DNA from: an uncultured Alphaproteobacteria bacterium
Lineage (GTDB): Bacteria > Pseudomonadota > Alphaproteobacteria > HIMB59 > GCA-002718135
Reading direction: 5' to 3'
Assembly: GCA_902630465.1 (NCBI GenBank)
Contig: CACOVJ010000001.1
Coordinates: 48,319-112,318, forward strand
Length of the DNA stretch: 64,000 bases
The translations under genes were made by a program, and so were the position numbers. Positions 29,903 through 39,057 of the stretch are shown one piece after another. The notes under the pieces are model-generated. The model saw nothing but the letters and a program-made list of their open reading frames with translations. It was not told the DNA's origin and did no database searches. Position 1 is the first letter of the stretch; each line of letters starts with the position of its first letter.

Positions 29903-30898
29903 CTAATTTAAAATATCTAAACAATATTGCTTTATTCTTTCTATAGTTGGAATATATTTTTGTTCAAGATTCGGAGCTACTGGCACAGGTGTATCCTCTG
30001 CAGTATATCTAATAACTGGTCTTTTAAGAGATTTAAAACAATTTTCAAATATTATACTTGTTATTTCACTTGCCACACCTGAAGTATAATGTCCTTCACT
30101 GAGTACCAATGCATGATTTGTTTTATTAACAGACTCTATTATTGTTTTTTTATCAAGTGGATTAAGTGTTCTTAAATCTATAACCTCCGCTGATATATTA
30201 TTATTTTCTAGTAGTTTTGCAGCCTCTAGTGCAAAATTTGTCATTCTTGAATATGTGATTATTGATATATCATTACCATTTTTAACTTTATTTGCTTTTC
30301 CAAAAATAGTTTTTTTATTCTTATCTAATGAACCTGTAAAATTATATAACATTTTATGTTCAATAAAAACCGTAGGTGTGTTGGTTTTAATGGATTCTCT
30401 TAGTAGATGATATGCATCATTTGGATTTGATGGCATAACTAAATATAAACCAGGCATATACATAATCCATGATTCTAAACTTTGCGAATGTTGGGCACCA
30501 CCTGATCTTCCCGTACCACCTTGTGTTCTAATGACCATTGGGACAGATATTTGACCACCAAACATATATCTAATTTTTGCTGATTGATTACCAATTTGAT
30601 CCATAGACATCCCAAAAAAATCAACATACATTAATTCTGCAATAGGTTTTAAACCTGTCATTGCAGCTCCAATGGCTGTTCCAACTATTGTTGGTTCTGA
30701 AATTGGTGTATCGATTACTCTTTTAGATCCAAATTTATCAAGTAAACCTTTTGTTGCACCATAAGCACCTCCATATTTCCCAACGTCTTCACCCATTATT
30801 ACAACTTTATCATCTTCTGACATTTCATCATACATAGCTAAACGTAAAGAATCTCTAAAAGTGATTTTATCAAAAAATTCTTGCTTATTTATATTCAT
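29903..30898 (-). CDS. ThDP-dependent dehydrogenase E1 beta subunit (pyruvate/acetoin dehydrogenase family)
   Basis: MGEDVG, DTPISE, MDQIGNQSAK, GAQHSQSLE, FIEHK and IDLRTLNPLD motifs. Confidence 0.9.
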   Translation of the reverse strand: MNINKQEFFDKITFRDSLRLAMYDEMSEDDKVVIMGEDVGKYGGAYGATKGLLDKFGSKRVIDTPISEPTIVGTAIGAAMTGLKPIAELMYVDFFGMSMDQIGNQSAKIRYMFGGQISVPMVIRTQGGTGRSGGAQHSQSLESWIMYMPGLYLVMPSNPNDAYHLLRESIKTNTPTVFIEHKMLYNFTGSLDKNKKTIFGKANKVKNGNDISIITYSRMTNFALEAAKLLENNNISAEVIDLRTLNPLDKKTIIESVNKTNHALVLSEGHYTSGVASEITSIIFENCFKSLKRPVIRYTAEDTPVPVAPNLEQKYIPTIERIKQYCLDILN

Positions 30899-31913
30899 TA
30901 ATTTTTAAAATATTTCTTATTTTATTATCTACACTCTCTATAGAATAGTTTTCATCGTAAACATCAGTAAATATTTCACTCTCTTCATTTACAGGGGACT
31001 CCATAGCAAATTTCATGGACACATCCATCTCATCACTTATCTTTTTGTCTAAACTTAATATATCATTTGCATTTAAAATTTTATCAGCTAAAATTTTTTC
31101 TTTAGCAAAATTAATCGGATCAAATTTTCTATTTTCTACTTCTTCCTCTTCACTTCTGTAAGGACTCTTATCTTTTCTTGCATGACCAAAAAATCTATAA
31201 CATTCCACTTCAATAAAAGAGGGCCCATCATTTCTTGTTCTTTCAATAAGGTCTTTTACATCAAGAAAAGCTTTTTCAGCATCAAGATGATTAATATGTA
31301 ATGTATCTAAGCCAAATGACTTAGCTCTTGCAGAAAAATCTTTTATACCAACAGCATCATCAATTTTTGTACCCATACCATATTGATTATTTATACAGCA
31401 AAAAACAACTGGTAAATTCCATAATGATGCCATGTTCATACTTTCATACAATATGCCTTGTTGCATTGCTCCATCACCAAAAAAAGCAATTGAAACATTA
31501 TTATTATTTAGATATTTATAACTTAAAGCTGCACCAACTACGGTTGGAATTCCCCCGCCAACTATAGCATTAGCACCTAAATGTCCTAGATTCATATCAG
31601 CTATATGCATCGATCCACCTTTACCTTTACAATACCCATCTTTTTTTCCAGCAATTTCAGCCATCATTTTATCTGGGTTGCCTCCTCGAGCTAAAAAAAT
31701 ACCATGTCCTCTATGATGTGTTGTGAATGTATCACCATCCTGCATTGCTTTAGTAACACATGCAGGCCCAAGTTCCTCACCTATAGATAAATGTAACATG
31801 GTGCCTGCTGTTTCACCTCTAACAAATAACTCAGCAACTCTCTCTTCAAATACCCTTATCCTCTTCATAGTAGTATAAAGATCTTTTAAAATACTATTTG
31901 ATTTAGAATTCAT
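30885..31913 (-). CDS. ThDP-dependent dehydrogenase E1 alpha subunit (AcoA/PdhA-like)
   Basis: HLSIGEE, HRGHG, GKGGSMH, ThDP motif GDGA...NNQY and YRFFGH. Confidence 0.9.
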   Translation of the reverse strand: MNSKSNSILKDLYTTMKRIRVFEERVAELFVRGETAGTMLHLSIGEELGPACVTKAMQDGDTFTTHHRGHGIFLARGGNPDKMMAEIAGKKDGYCKGKGGSMHIADMNLGHLGANAIVGGGIPTVVGAALSYKYLNNNNVSIAFFGDGAMQQGILYESMNMASLWNLPVVFCCINNQYGMGTKIDDAVGIKDFSARAKSFGLDTLHINHLDAEKAFLDVKDLIERTRNDGPSFIEVECYRFFGHARKDKSPYRSEEEEVENRKFDPINFAKEKILADKILNANDILSLDKKISDEMDVSMKFAMESPVNEESEIFTDVYDENYSIESVDNKIRNILKINEYK

Positions 31914-31958
31914 GTTTTGGATATATATATATTTATAATTTAATTGGTATAACTAATA

Positions 31959-32897
31959 ATGATTTTTGTATCTGGAGAAAATTTAATAGACTTAATTGCA
32001 GACAAAAAAGACATTTACAAACCATTTGTTGGTGGTTCTTCACTTAATACTGCACTAGCATTAGGAAGATTAAAATCTAAAGTATTTTTTTATTCGAGAA
32101 TTTCTAATGATTATTTTGGTAAAATGATATTTGACCATTTAAAAAAAAGTAATGTTAATGTTAGTTTAATTGAAAGAACTAATGATCAATCAACAATTGC
32201 AATAGTAGTAAACAAAAAGAAGCCAGAATTTAGTATTCATTTTATGAATACCGCTTCTATTAATTTTAAATCATTTAAAATTAATAAAAATTATTTAAAT
32301 AAAATCAAATTTTCTCATTTTTCATCTATATCCTTAGCCCTTAGCCCTTCGGCTGAAACACATATAAAATTAATGCACCATTTAAAAAGAAATACAAAAT
32401 CAATTATTTCTATTGATCCTAATGTTAGACCAAGTGTAATTAAAAACAAAAAAAATTATTTACAAAATTTTAAGAAGTTTATGAAATATGCAGATATTAT
32501 AAAAATGTCTAATGAAGATTTTTCATATATTTCAAAAAACAAATTAGATAGTCAAGTTAGATATTGGTTAAATAAATATTCAATAAAAATATTTATAATT
32601 ACTCTAGGTGACAAAGGGTCTATTTTATATACAAACAAATACAAAATTTTTCAAAAAACAGAAAAAATAAAAGTTATAGACACTGTTGGTGCAGGTGATA
32701 GTTTTATAGCGGGAGTAATTGCGTATCTTGATATGAATAAAATTCAAAGCAATAATCAAATTACAAATATATCTAAAGAAAATCTAATTAATTGTTTATA
32801 TTTTGCAACAAAAGTCGCAGAAAAGAATTGTTTAGAAGAAGGTAACAATCCACCTTATCTAAAAAAAGTTCAACAGTTTATGAATTCTCATACATAG
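31959..32897 (+). CDS. PfkB-family carbohydrate kinase (fructokinase-like)
   Basis: GENLIDL, GGSSLNTA, DPNVRP, ITLGDKG and DTVGAGDSF (PfkB signature). Confidence 0.9.
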   Translation: MIFVSGENLIDLIADKKDIYKPFVGGSSLNTALALGRLKSKVFFYSRISNDYFGKMIFDHLKKSNVNVSLIERTNDQSTIAIVVNKKKPEFSIHFMNTASINFKSFKINKNYLNKIKFSHFSSISLALSPSAETHIKLMHHLKRNTKSIISIDPNVRPSVIKNKKNYLQNFKKFMKYADIIKMSNEDFSYISKNKLDSQVRYWLNKYSIKIFIITLGDKGSILYTNKYKIFQKTEKIKVIDTVGAGDSFIAGVIAYLDMNKIQSNNQITNISKENLINCLYFATKVAEKNCLEEGNNPPYLKKVQQFMNSHT

Positions 32898-33114
32898 CGA
32901 TAGTAGTTCCTACGTCTACTTCTTCATTTTCTTTAACTAATATTTTAATTAATATTCCATCTTCTAAAGCAGGTAGTTCGATTATAGTTTTATCACTTTC
33001 AATTTCAGCAATTGTTTCTCCTCTGTAAAACTTATCATTTAGTTTTACTAACCACTTTGAAATGCTACCTTTCTCCATGGTCTCTCCAAGTCTTGGAAGT
33101 TTTATTTCTTTCAC
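32878..33114 (-). CDS. Stand-alone lipoyl-domain protein
   Basis: 78 aa, GTG start; LPRLGETMEKGSISKWLVK...EIESDKTIIELPA...G...VG, a complete E2-type lipoyl domain with the DK lipoylation lysine, ending in a stop with no linker. Confidence 0.85.
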   Translation of the reverse strand: MKEIKLPRLGETMEKGSISKWLVKLNDKFYRGETIAEIESDKTIIELPALEDGILIKILVKENEEVDVGTTIAMYENS

Positions 33115-33196
33115 AAACTTCTATTAGTATATTTTAAAGATAAGGTCATTATATAACTAGTTAATTTTATGAAAAAAATGGAAAAATGTTCTTATG

Positions 33197-35485
33197 TTAA
33201 ATTTTCTGAACCCAAAATTGATACATACCCGTGAAGGTATTTGGATTTTTAATTTCAAATTCATTCCATAACGAAAGTGAAAATAAAGAATCTTTTTGAG
33301 GATTAATCTTTTTGAAACGATTTTTTACCCATGTTTTACTCATTTCAAATCCAAGAAAATTTAAGTTAAGCATTTTTAAGCTTTCCTCTATTTGTGGAAT
33401 TGTAAATCTATGTTCTTTAATATTAAAAAGCAAATCTCTACATCCATTTAGTGAGTAAAAATCTTTAAATTTTAAAATTTCACTAATATTTGATTTACTT
33501 ATATTACTAGAATCGGTTACATCTTTACGAAATAATCGGATACTATCTTCTGTTGGACCGTATGTTCTTTTATCAATGTATTCACGCATTTCTACTATAT
33601 TTCTTCGGGCTATTTCACTATATAGCCCAATTTTCATTAATCCTCCTGTATTCAATTTTTTTACAAGTTTTTCCCATCCAAGCAATGGTTCGTCCATGTG
33701 ATGTAAAACTCCTGCGCTTTCAATAATATCAAAGTTTTTATTCAATTGATCTATATTTAAAATATCACCTTGAACGTATTCTATATTGGATATACCTAAT
33801 TCATCTGTCTTCCTTTTTGCATAAGATAAACTACTAAAACTCAAATCTAAAGCTGTAACATTTGAATCTGAAAACCTAGTAGCTGTTCCTAAAGCATGCT
33901 GACCTGTACCACATCCAGCAACAAGTATTTGAGGTTTATTAAAAACTTTTTCGTAATTTATATTAAAATCACAATTAATTAATTTTAAGACATCTAAAAC
34001 ACTTTTAGACTTGTTCATTACAAGTGCATTAACCCAATTAGGGTAAGGACTTTCTTCATATTGATTTTTCACTTTTTTAGAAACTAAATTATTGACCTTA
34101 GATATACTTTTTATTTGAGATTTTAATTTTTTTTCAGTTTCAAAATTTAATATTTGAATTGATATTAACTTATTAATTTCTTTTTTGAATTGTAATGAAA
34201 TTAAATCATTAGCCCAAGACATTTTTGAAAGTGGAATATATGAACCTAATATTGCTATTTTAGCTTCATCTATTTTAATATTTTTTTTTAAATCATTTAC
34301 AATTCTTTTTTCTAGTCTAGATATTTTTTGCTTTTCACTATTACTTATAAAAAAAACGTATCCATTAATAAAACATTGCATTGCCATTGATATGTAAAAA
34401 GGCAGACCTCTTATTTCATTATTTTCTACTCTATCAAGCATCATTAATCGTAGTTTGGTAAAAGCCTTCTCTATATCAATATCTCTTATTGGACTTAATT
34501 CCATTATTTTTAGAAGTAATGGTATTTTTGAAAACTCATGAGTAATTTGATCTAAATTTTCAGAAGTAATATTATTATTAATTAAATTAAAAATATTTGT
34601 AAATTTTGGATATGTTCTAAGTGCACTAAAAATAGCTTTGGTTGGAGGATCAATATATTTATAATTTAATAAATTATTTAAGCTAACTATTAATTCTTCG
34701 TTAGATGAATTAAATTCAATTCCATGTAAACTTTTAGCATAATTACTCCAAAGTGAATTATTCTTAGGAGTAAATGTTAGTGCTTTTCTATAACTTTCAC
34801 CAGCTTCACCCAGTCTATGTAGTTCAAATAATGTCGCACCTTTATTATTATAAGCTTCAGCATAATCAGGTTTTAAATTGATTGCTTTATCATAATTTAA
34901 TACAGCTTCTTCCAACTTACCAATTTCTTTGAGAGCGTTAGAGTAATTGAAAAAAGCCTCTGAGAAATCTGGTTTAATTTCTGTCGCTCTTTTACAAGTA
35001 ATTAATGCTTCTTCTAATCTATTCAGTTCAAATAATGTCGCACCTTTATTATTATAAGCTTCAGCATAATCAGGTTTTAAATTGATTGCTTTATCATAAT
35101 TTAATACAGCTTCTTCCAACTTACCAATTTCTTTAAGAGCGTTAGCACAATTACTAAATGCCTCAGCATGATACGGTTTTAATTCTATAGCTTTATAATA
35201 ACTTTTTATAGATTCTTCATATTTACCTAAAGCTTGTAAGGCAACCCCAAGATTACTATAAGCCTCAGCATAATCAGGTTTAAGCTCAATTGATTTATTA
35301 TATTTATTTATTGCTTCATTGATTTTTTTTTGTCCCTGTAATGAAGCACCCAATATATTATAAATAATATGAGATTGAGGATATGTTTCAAGTAGTTTAG
35401 TACATCTAATTTCAGTTTCTAAAATATGTCCTGATGTATATAGCTTAATCAGCTGTTCAATTTCTTCTTGAAGTAATTTGTTCAT
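33197..35485 (-). CDS. TPR-repeat protein with C-terminal class I SAM-dependent methyltransferase
   Basis: About 6 TPRs (KPDYAEAY.N.G), QYEESPYP, ILVAGCGTGQH, GVLHHM and terminal GMYQFW. ATG at 35485 overlaps the upstream TGA (ATGA). Confidence 0.88.
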   Translation of the reverse strand: MNKLLQEEIEQLIKLYTSGHILETEIRCTKLLETYPQSHIIYNILGASLQGQKKINEAINKYNKSIELKPDYAEAYSNLGVALQALGKYEESIKSYYKAIELKPYHAEAFSNCANALKEIGKLEEAVLNYDKAINLKPDYAEAYNNKGATLFELNRLEEALITCKRATEIKPDFSEAFFNYSNALKEIGKLEEAVLNYDKAINLKPDYAEAYNNKGATLFELHRLGEAGESYRKALTFTPKNNSLWSNYAKSLHGIEFNSSNEELIVSLNNLLNYKYIDPPTKAIFSALRTYPKFTNIFNLINNNITSENLDQITHEFSKIPLLLKIMELSPIRDIDIEKAFTKLRLMMLDRVENNEIRGLPFYISMAMQCFINGYVFFISNSEKQKISRLEKRIVNDLKKNIKIDEAKIAILGSYIPLSKMSWANDLISLQFKKEINKLISIQILNFETEKKLKSQIKSISKVNNLVSKKVKNQYEESPYPNWVNALVMNKSKSVLDVLKLINCDFNINYEKVFNKPQILVAGCGTGQHALGTATRFSDSNVTALDLSFSSLSYAKRKTDELGISNIEYVQGDILNIDQLNKNFDIIESAGVLHHMDEPLLGWEKLVKKLNTGGLMKIGLYSEIARRNIVEMREYIDKRTYGPTEDSIRLFRKDVTDSSNISKSNISEILKFKDFYSLNGCRDLLFNIKEHRFTIPQIEESLKMLNLNFLGFEMSKTWVKNRFKKINPQKDSLFSLSLWNEFEIKNPNTFTGMYQFWVQKI
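34821..35145. repeat. Intragenic direct repeat, 121 bp x2 at 204-bp spacing
   Basis: 34821-34941 and 35025-35145 are identical over the first 110 bp, with one mismatch in 121 bp. A shorter third copy (tcagcataatcaggttt) lies a further 204 bp on, at 35265. Confidence 0.95.
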
Positions 35486-37482
35486 ATAAATTTCTGACAC
35501 CAAAATTGATACATTCCAGCAAAAATTCTTGGATATTTATTTTCATATTCGTCCCAAAAATTAAGATTATAAATATCTTCATTATTTTTATATATCTTTT
35601 TATAAATATTCACTAACTCTTTATTTTGAAATCCGCAAAATTGAAGATTATTTTTTTTTAAAAAATTTGATATTTCTAAAAGATCAAATTGTTTTTCTTG
35701 AACATGAAATAATAAATCTCTTAAACTACTTAATGAAAAAAAGTCTGTACTTTTTTTTATTAAATCATAATCTTTATTATTTGTTTCAATTAATTGTTCT
35801 CTATAACTTTTTATAAATTCATTATTAATTTCTAAATTAGTGGTTTTCAAATAAGAACGAACCTTTTTAATATGTTGCCTTGCATATTTACTATAAAGAC
35901 CTATCATCATCATTCCGTAATTATTTAAATTTTTATTAAGGATTTTCCACCCAAGTAAAGGGTCATTCATATGATGAAGAACTCCTACACATTCAATCAC
36001 ATCAAATTTCTTACCAAGACTTTTTAAATTTAAAATATCTAATTGTATGAAATCAATATTGTTGATTTTTAATTTTTTTGACATTCGTTTTGCATACGAT
36101 AAACTTTGTAAACTTAAATCTATTGCCGTTACATGAGAATTTGTAAATTTAGTTGCTGTTGCAATCGCATGCTGACCAGTTCCACAACCTGCAACAAGAA
36201 TTTTAATTTTTTTCAAGTTATCAATTTTCTTATTTTGTATTCTAATATAATTGTTTTCAAAAAAAAATGATGGTTTTAGTGGAAATTTATTAAGTGCTAT
36301 TTTATTCCATCTAGGATATGGATTATTTTCATATTGCTGTTTAACTACGATAGATACAGGATCAACAATGTCTTTTTTAGCTTGCAGTTCTTTTTTTATT
36401 TTCTTTTCTTCATTTGGCTCAATTATCTGTTTTTTTAAGATTTCAGAAATATTCTTTAAACCAAGAAACTGATCTGACCATTTATATTTATTTAATGAAG
36501 TATATGAAGACAATATAGCTATGTCTAGGTCTTCCAGTTCTAAATTCGAAGATGCTAAATTCCTTATTTTCTTTTCTAAATCATCTAATATTTTATTCTC
36601 TTTTTTACTAACAGGATAAATATATTCATTTAAAAAACATTGAAAAGATAGTGAAGTTAATAATGCTAAAGCTGATTTTTTATTTTTGATATTATTAATA
36701 TTTAGTAAAATATTATACCTCAAATATTTCATGAGTTTTTCAATACCTAAATCTGGTATGGGTATAGATTTCAATAACTTAACTAAGATTTTATTTTTGT
36801 TTACTTCATCTATTAAGGTCTCTAATGGAAAATGTTTTTCTAAATTAGAAATATTATTAATAATGAATAACAATTTTGGGTCAATATACAAATAATTCAG
36901 TATACAATCAATAATATCAACTGGTCTTACAATTTCATCATAATTCAATAAATTTTCTATTTGCTTAGTAACTTTTAAAGAAGTCTTATAAAATTTAAAA
37001 TTTTTAAGACATACAGAAAAATTTTGAAGAGCAACTACATAATTTTGATTGATATTTAAACACTCTAAATAATTATCAATTGCTAGCGATGTTTTTCCAA
37101 TATCTTTATATATATTACCTAAATTATTATAAGCCTCGTATTTGTTTGGATTTAAATCAATACATTTTTTGTAATTCTCAATTGATTTATCAATCTGTTT
37201 TTTTTTCTTAAAAATATTACCTAAATTATAATACGCATCAGAGAAATTAGGATTTATTTTTAGTATATCATTAAAATTTTTAATCGACTCATCAAGATTA
37301 TTCAAGTCATGGTTAATTATTCCTAATATATTTAATATAAACAATGACTCAGGAAAATTATTCCTTAATTTTTTTGTTTCTTTTAACATCTGACTATATT
37401 TTTTTAAATTAAGCATTCTCAATAAGTTATTTCTAATGTGTGCGTCAGGCTCTTTACTAATTTTAGAATTAATTACATTCAT
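35482..37482 (-). CDS. TPR-repeat protein with C-terminal class I SAM-dependent methyltransferase (paralog)
   Basis: About 3 TPRs (AYYNLGN, AYNNLGN), QYENNPYPRW, ILVAGCGTGQH, GVLHHM, RDLLFH and GMYQFWCQK. Confidence 0.88.
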   Translation of the reverse strand: MNVINSKISKEPDAHIRNNLLRMLNLKKYSQMLKETKKLRNNFPESLFILNILGIINHDLNNLDESIKNFNDILKINPNFSDAYYNLGNIFKKKKQIDKSIENYKKCIDLNPNKYEAYNNLGNIYKDIGKTSLAIDNYLECLNINQNYVVALQNFSVCLKNFKFYKTSLKVTKQIENLLNYDEIVRPVDIIDCILNYLYIDPKLLFIINNISNLEKHFPLETLIDEVNKNKILVKLLKSIPIPDLGIEKLMKYLRYNILLNINNIKNKKSALALLTSLSFQCFLNEYIYPVSKKENKILDDLEKKIRNLASSNLELEDLDIAILSSYTSLNKYKWSDQFLGLKNISEILKKQIIEPNEEKKIKKELQAKKDIVDPVSIVVKQQYENNPYPRWNKIALNKFPLKPSFFFENNYIRIQNKKIDNLKKIKILVAGCGTGQHAIATATKFTNSHVTAIDLSLQSLSYAKRMSKKLKINNIDFIQLDILNLKSLGKKFDVIECVGVLHHMNDPLLGWKILNKNLNNYGMMMIGLYSKYARQHIKKVRSYLKTTNLEINNEFIKSYREQLIETNNKDYDLIKKSTDFFSLSSLRDLLFHVQEKQFDLLEISNFLKKNNLQFCGFQNKELVNIYKKIYKNNEDIYNLNFWDEYENKYPRIFAGMYQFWCQKFI

Positions 37483-39056
37483 AACACTGACCTTATTAAA
37501 TTACTTGTATATTCAGATTTAGGATTAGTGAAAATTTCTGAGCTAATATTAGCTTCAATAATTCTGCCATTCTTTAACACAATGATGGTATCCGATATTG
37601 ACTGAATGACTTTCATATCATGACTTATAAAAATATAACTTAAAGATAGTTTTTTTTGTAAGTCATTTAATAAGTTGATGATTTGATTTTGTATTGTAAC
37701 ATCTAATGCAGATGTTGGTTCATCTAATATTAAAATTTTTGGTTCTAATATTAAAGCTCTTGCTATTGCAATTCTTTGTCTTTGCCCACCTGAGAATTCA
37801 TGAGGATATTTTTCAATACATTCGTGAAAATTTAGTCCAACTTTTTCTAAAACACCTATTAATTTAGATTTTTTATTATCTTTTGAGAGTTTTGGATAAT
37901 GAATATTTAAACCTTCAGATATAATTTCTTCTACATTCATTCTTGGACTTAGTGATGAAAAAGGATCCTGAAAAACAATTTGAATTTCTTTTCTTAAATT
38001 TAAAATTTCATTTTTATTAAACAAATTTATATCTTTATCATTAATTAATATTTTACCTCTAGATTTAACTAATTTTAATATTGCTAAAATAAGTGAAGTT
38101 TTACCAGAACCTGATTCACCAACTATACCAATACTTTCTCCTTCATTTAAAGTGAAGCTAATTTTATTTATTGCCTTTACATGATCAATTGTTTTTCTTA
38201 GCAAACCTTTTTTAATTGGGTACCACACATCTAGTTCTTCCACTCTGAGAACTGTATTTCTTGATTTACTAAAATTTATTTTTTTCTTATTTTGCGTAGA
38301 TACTAATTGTTTAGTATAAACATGATCTGGTTGATTAAAAATTTTATCATTACTGCCACTCTCAACAATTTCACCATCTTTCATAACATAAATAAAATCT
38401 GACATTTTTCTTACAACTGAAAGATCATGACTAATAAAAATCATTGTCATCCCTAGTTTTTTCTGAAGATTTAAAAGCAAATCTAAGATTTGCATTTGAA
38501 TAGTAACATCAAGAGCAGTTGTTGGTTCATCAGCAATTAGAACATCTGGATTATTAGCAATACTCATAGCAATCATAGCTCTCTGTCTCTGACCTCCAGA
38601 TAATTCATATGGATATACTTTTGGTCTATCAGCGATCTCTCCTAGACCAACCTCATTTAACAACTCAAACGTTTTATTTTTTGCATTATTTTTATTTATT
38701 GAATTATGTGTAAGTATTATTTCTTCAATTTGTTTATTAATTGTATGTAATGGATTTAGACTCGACATTGGCTCTTGGAAAATTGTAGCTATTTTATTTC
38801 CTCTAATTTTCTGAATTTCATTTTTAGACAATGATAAAATGTTGGTTTTTTTAAAAAAGATTTCACCATCAGTAATTTTTGCACCACTTGGTAAAAGTTT
38901 TAATATACTTAATGCAGATAAAGTTTTGCCTGAGCCAGACTCCCCAACTATTGCAGTAGTTTTACCTTTAGCAATATTTAAGCTGATTTTTTTAACAACT
39001 GTGTGACTATTATTAAATTTAATATTAAGATTATTAATAGATATTATATCATCCAT
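37479..39056 (-). CDS. yejF: Peptide ABC transporter ATP-binding protein (double ATPase)
   Basis: Two GESGSGK Walker A motifs, LSGGQRQR/FSGGQRQR and DEPT; follows yejE. Confidence 0.85.
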   Translation of the reverse strand: MDDIISINNLNIKFNNSHTVVKKISLNIAKGKTTAIVGESGSGKTLSALSILKLLPSGAKITDGEIFFKKTNILSLSKNEIQKIRGNKIATIFQEPMSSLNPLHTINKQIEEIILTHNSINKNNAKNKTFELLNEVGLGEIADRPKVYPYELSGGQRQRAMIAMSIANNPDVLIADEPTTALDVTIQMQILDLLLNLQKKLGMTMIFISHDLSVVRKMSDFIYVMKDGEIVESGSNDKIFNQPDHVYTKQLVSTQNKKKINFSKSRNTVLRVEELDVWYPIKKGLLRKTIDHVKAINKISFTLNEGESIGIVGESGSGKTSLILAILKLVKSRGKILINDKDINLFNKNEILNLRKEIQIVFQDPFSSLSPRMNVEEIISEGLNIHYPKLSKDNKKSKLIGVLEKVGLNFHECIEKYPHEFSGGQRQRIAIARALILEPKILILDEPTSALDVTIQNQIINLLNDLQKKLSLSYIFISHDMKVIQSISDTIIVLKNGRIIEANISSEIFTNPKSEYTSNLIRSVL

Positions 39057-39057
39057 T

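Noticed and set aside
31921..31932. (AT)6 microsatellite in the E1alpha/pfkB divergent gap as a contingency locus
   Set aside because: It is short, and comparable AT runs occur in other gaps (near 44430 and 53250); there is no evidence of length variation.
34821..35145. Direct repeats as a CRISPR array or a diversity-generating retroelement TR/VR pair
   Set aside because: The repeats are in-frame TPR coding units at 204-bp spacing with only one mismatch; no cas gene or reverse transcriptase is present.
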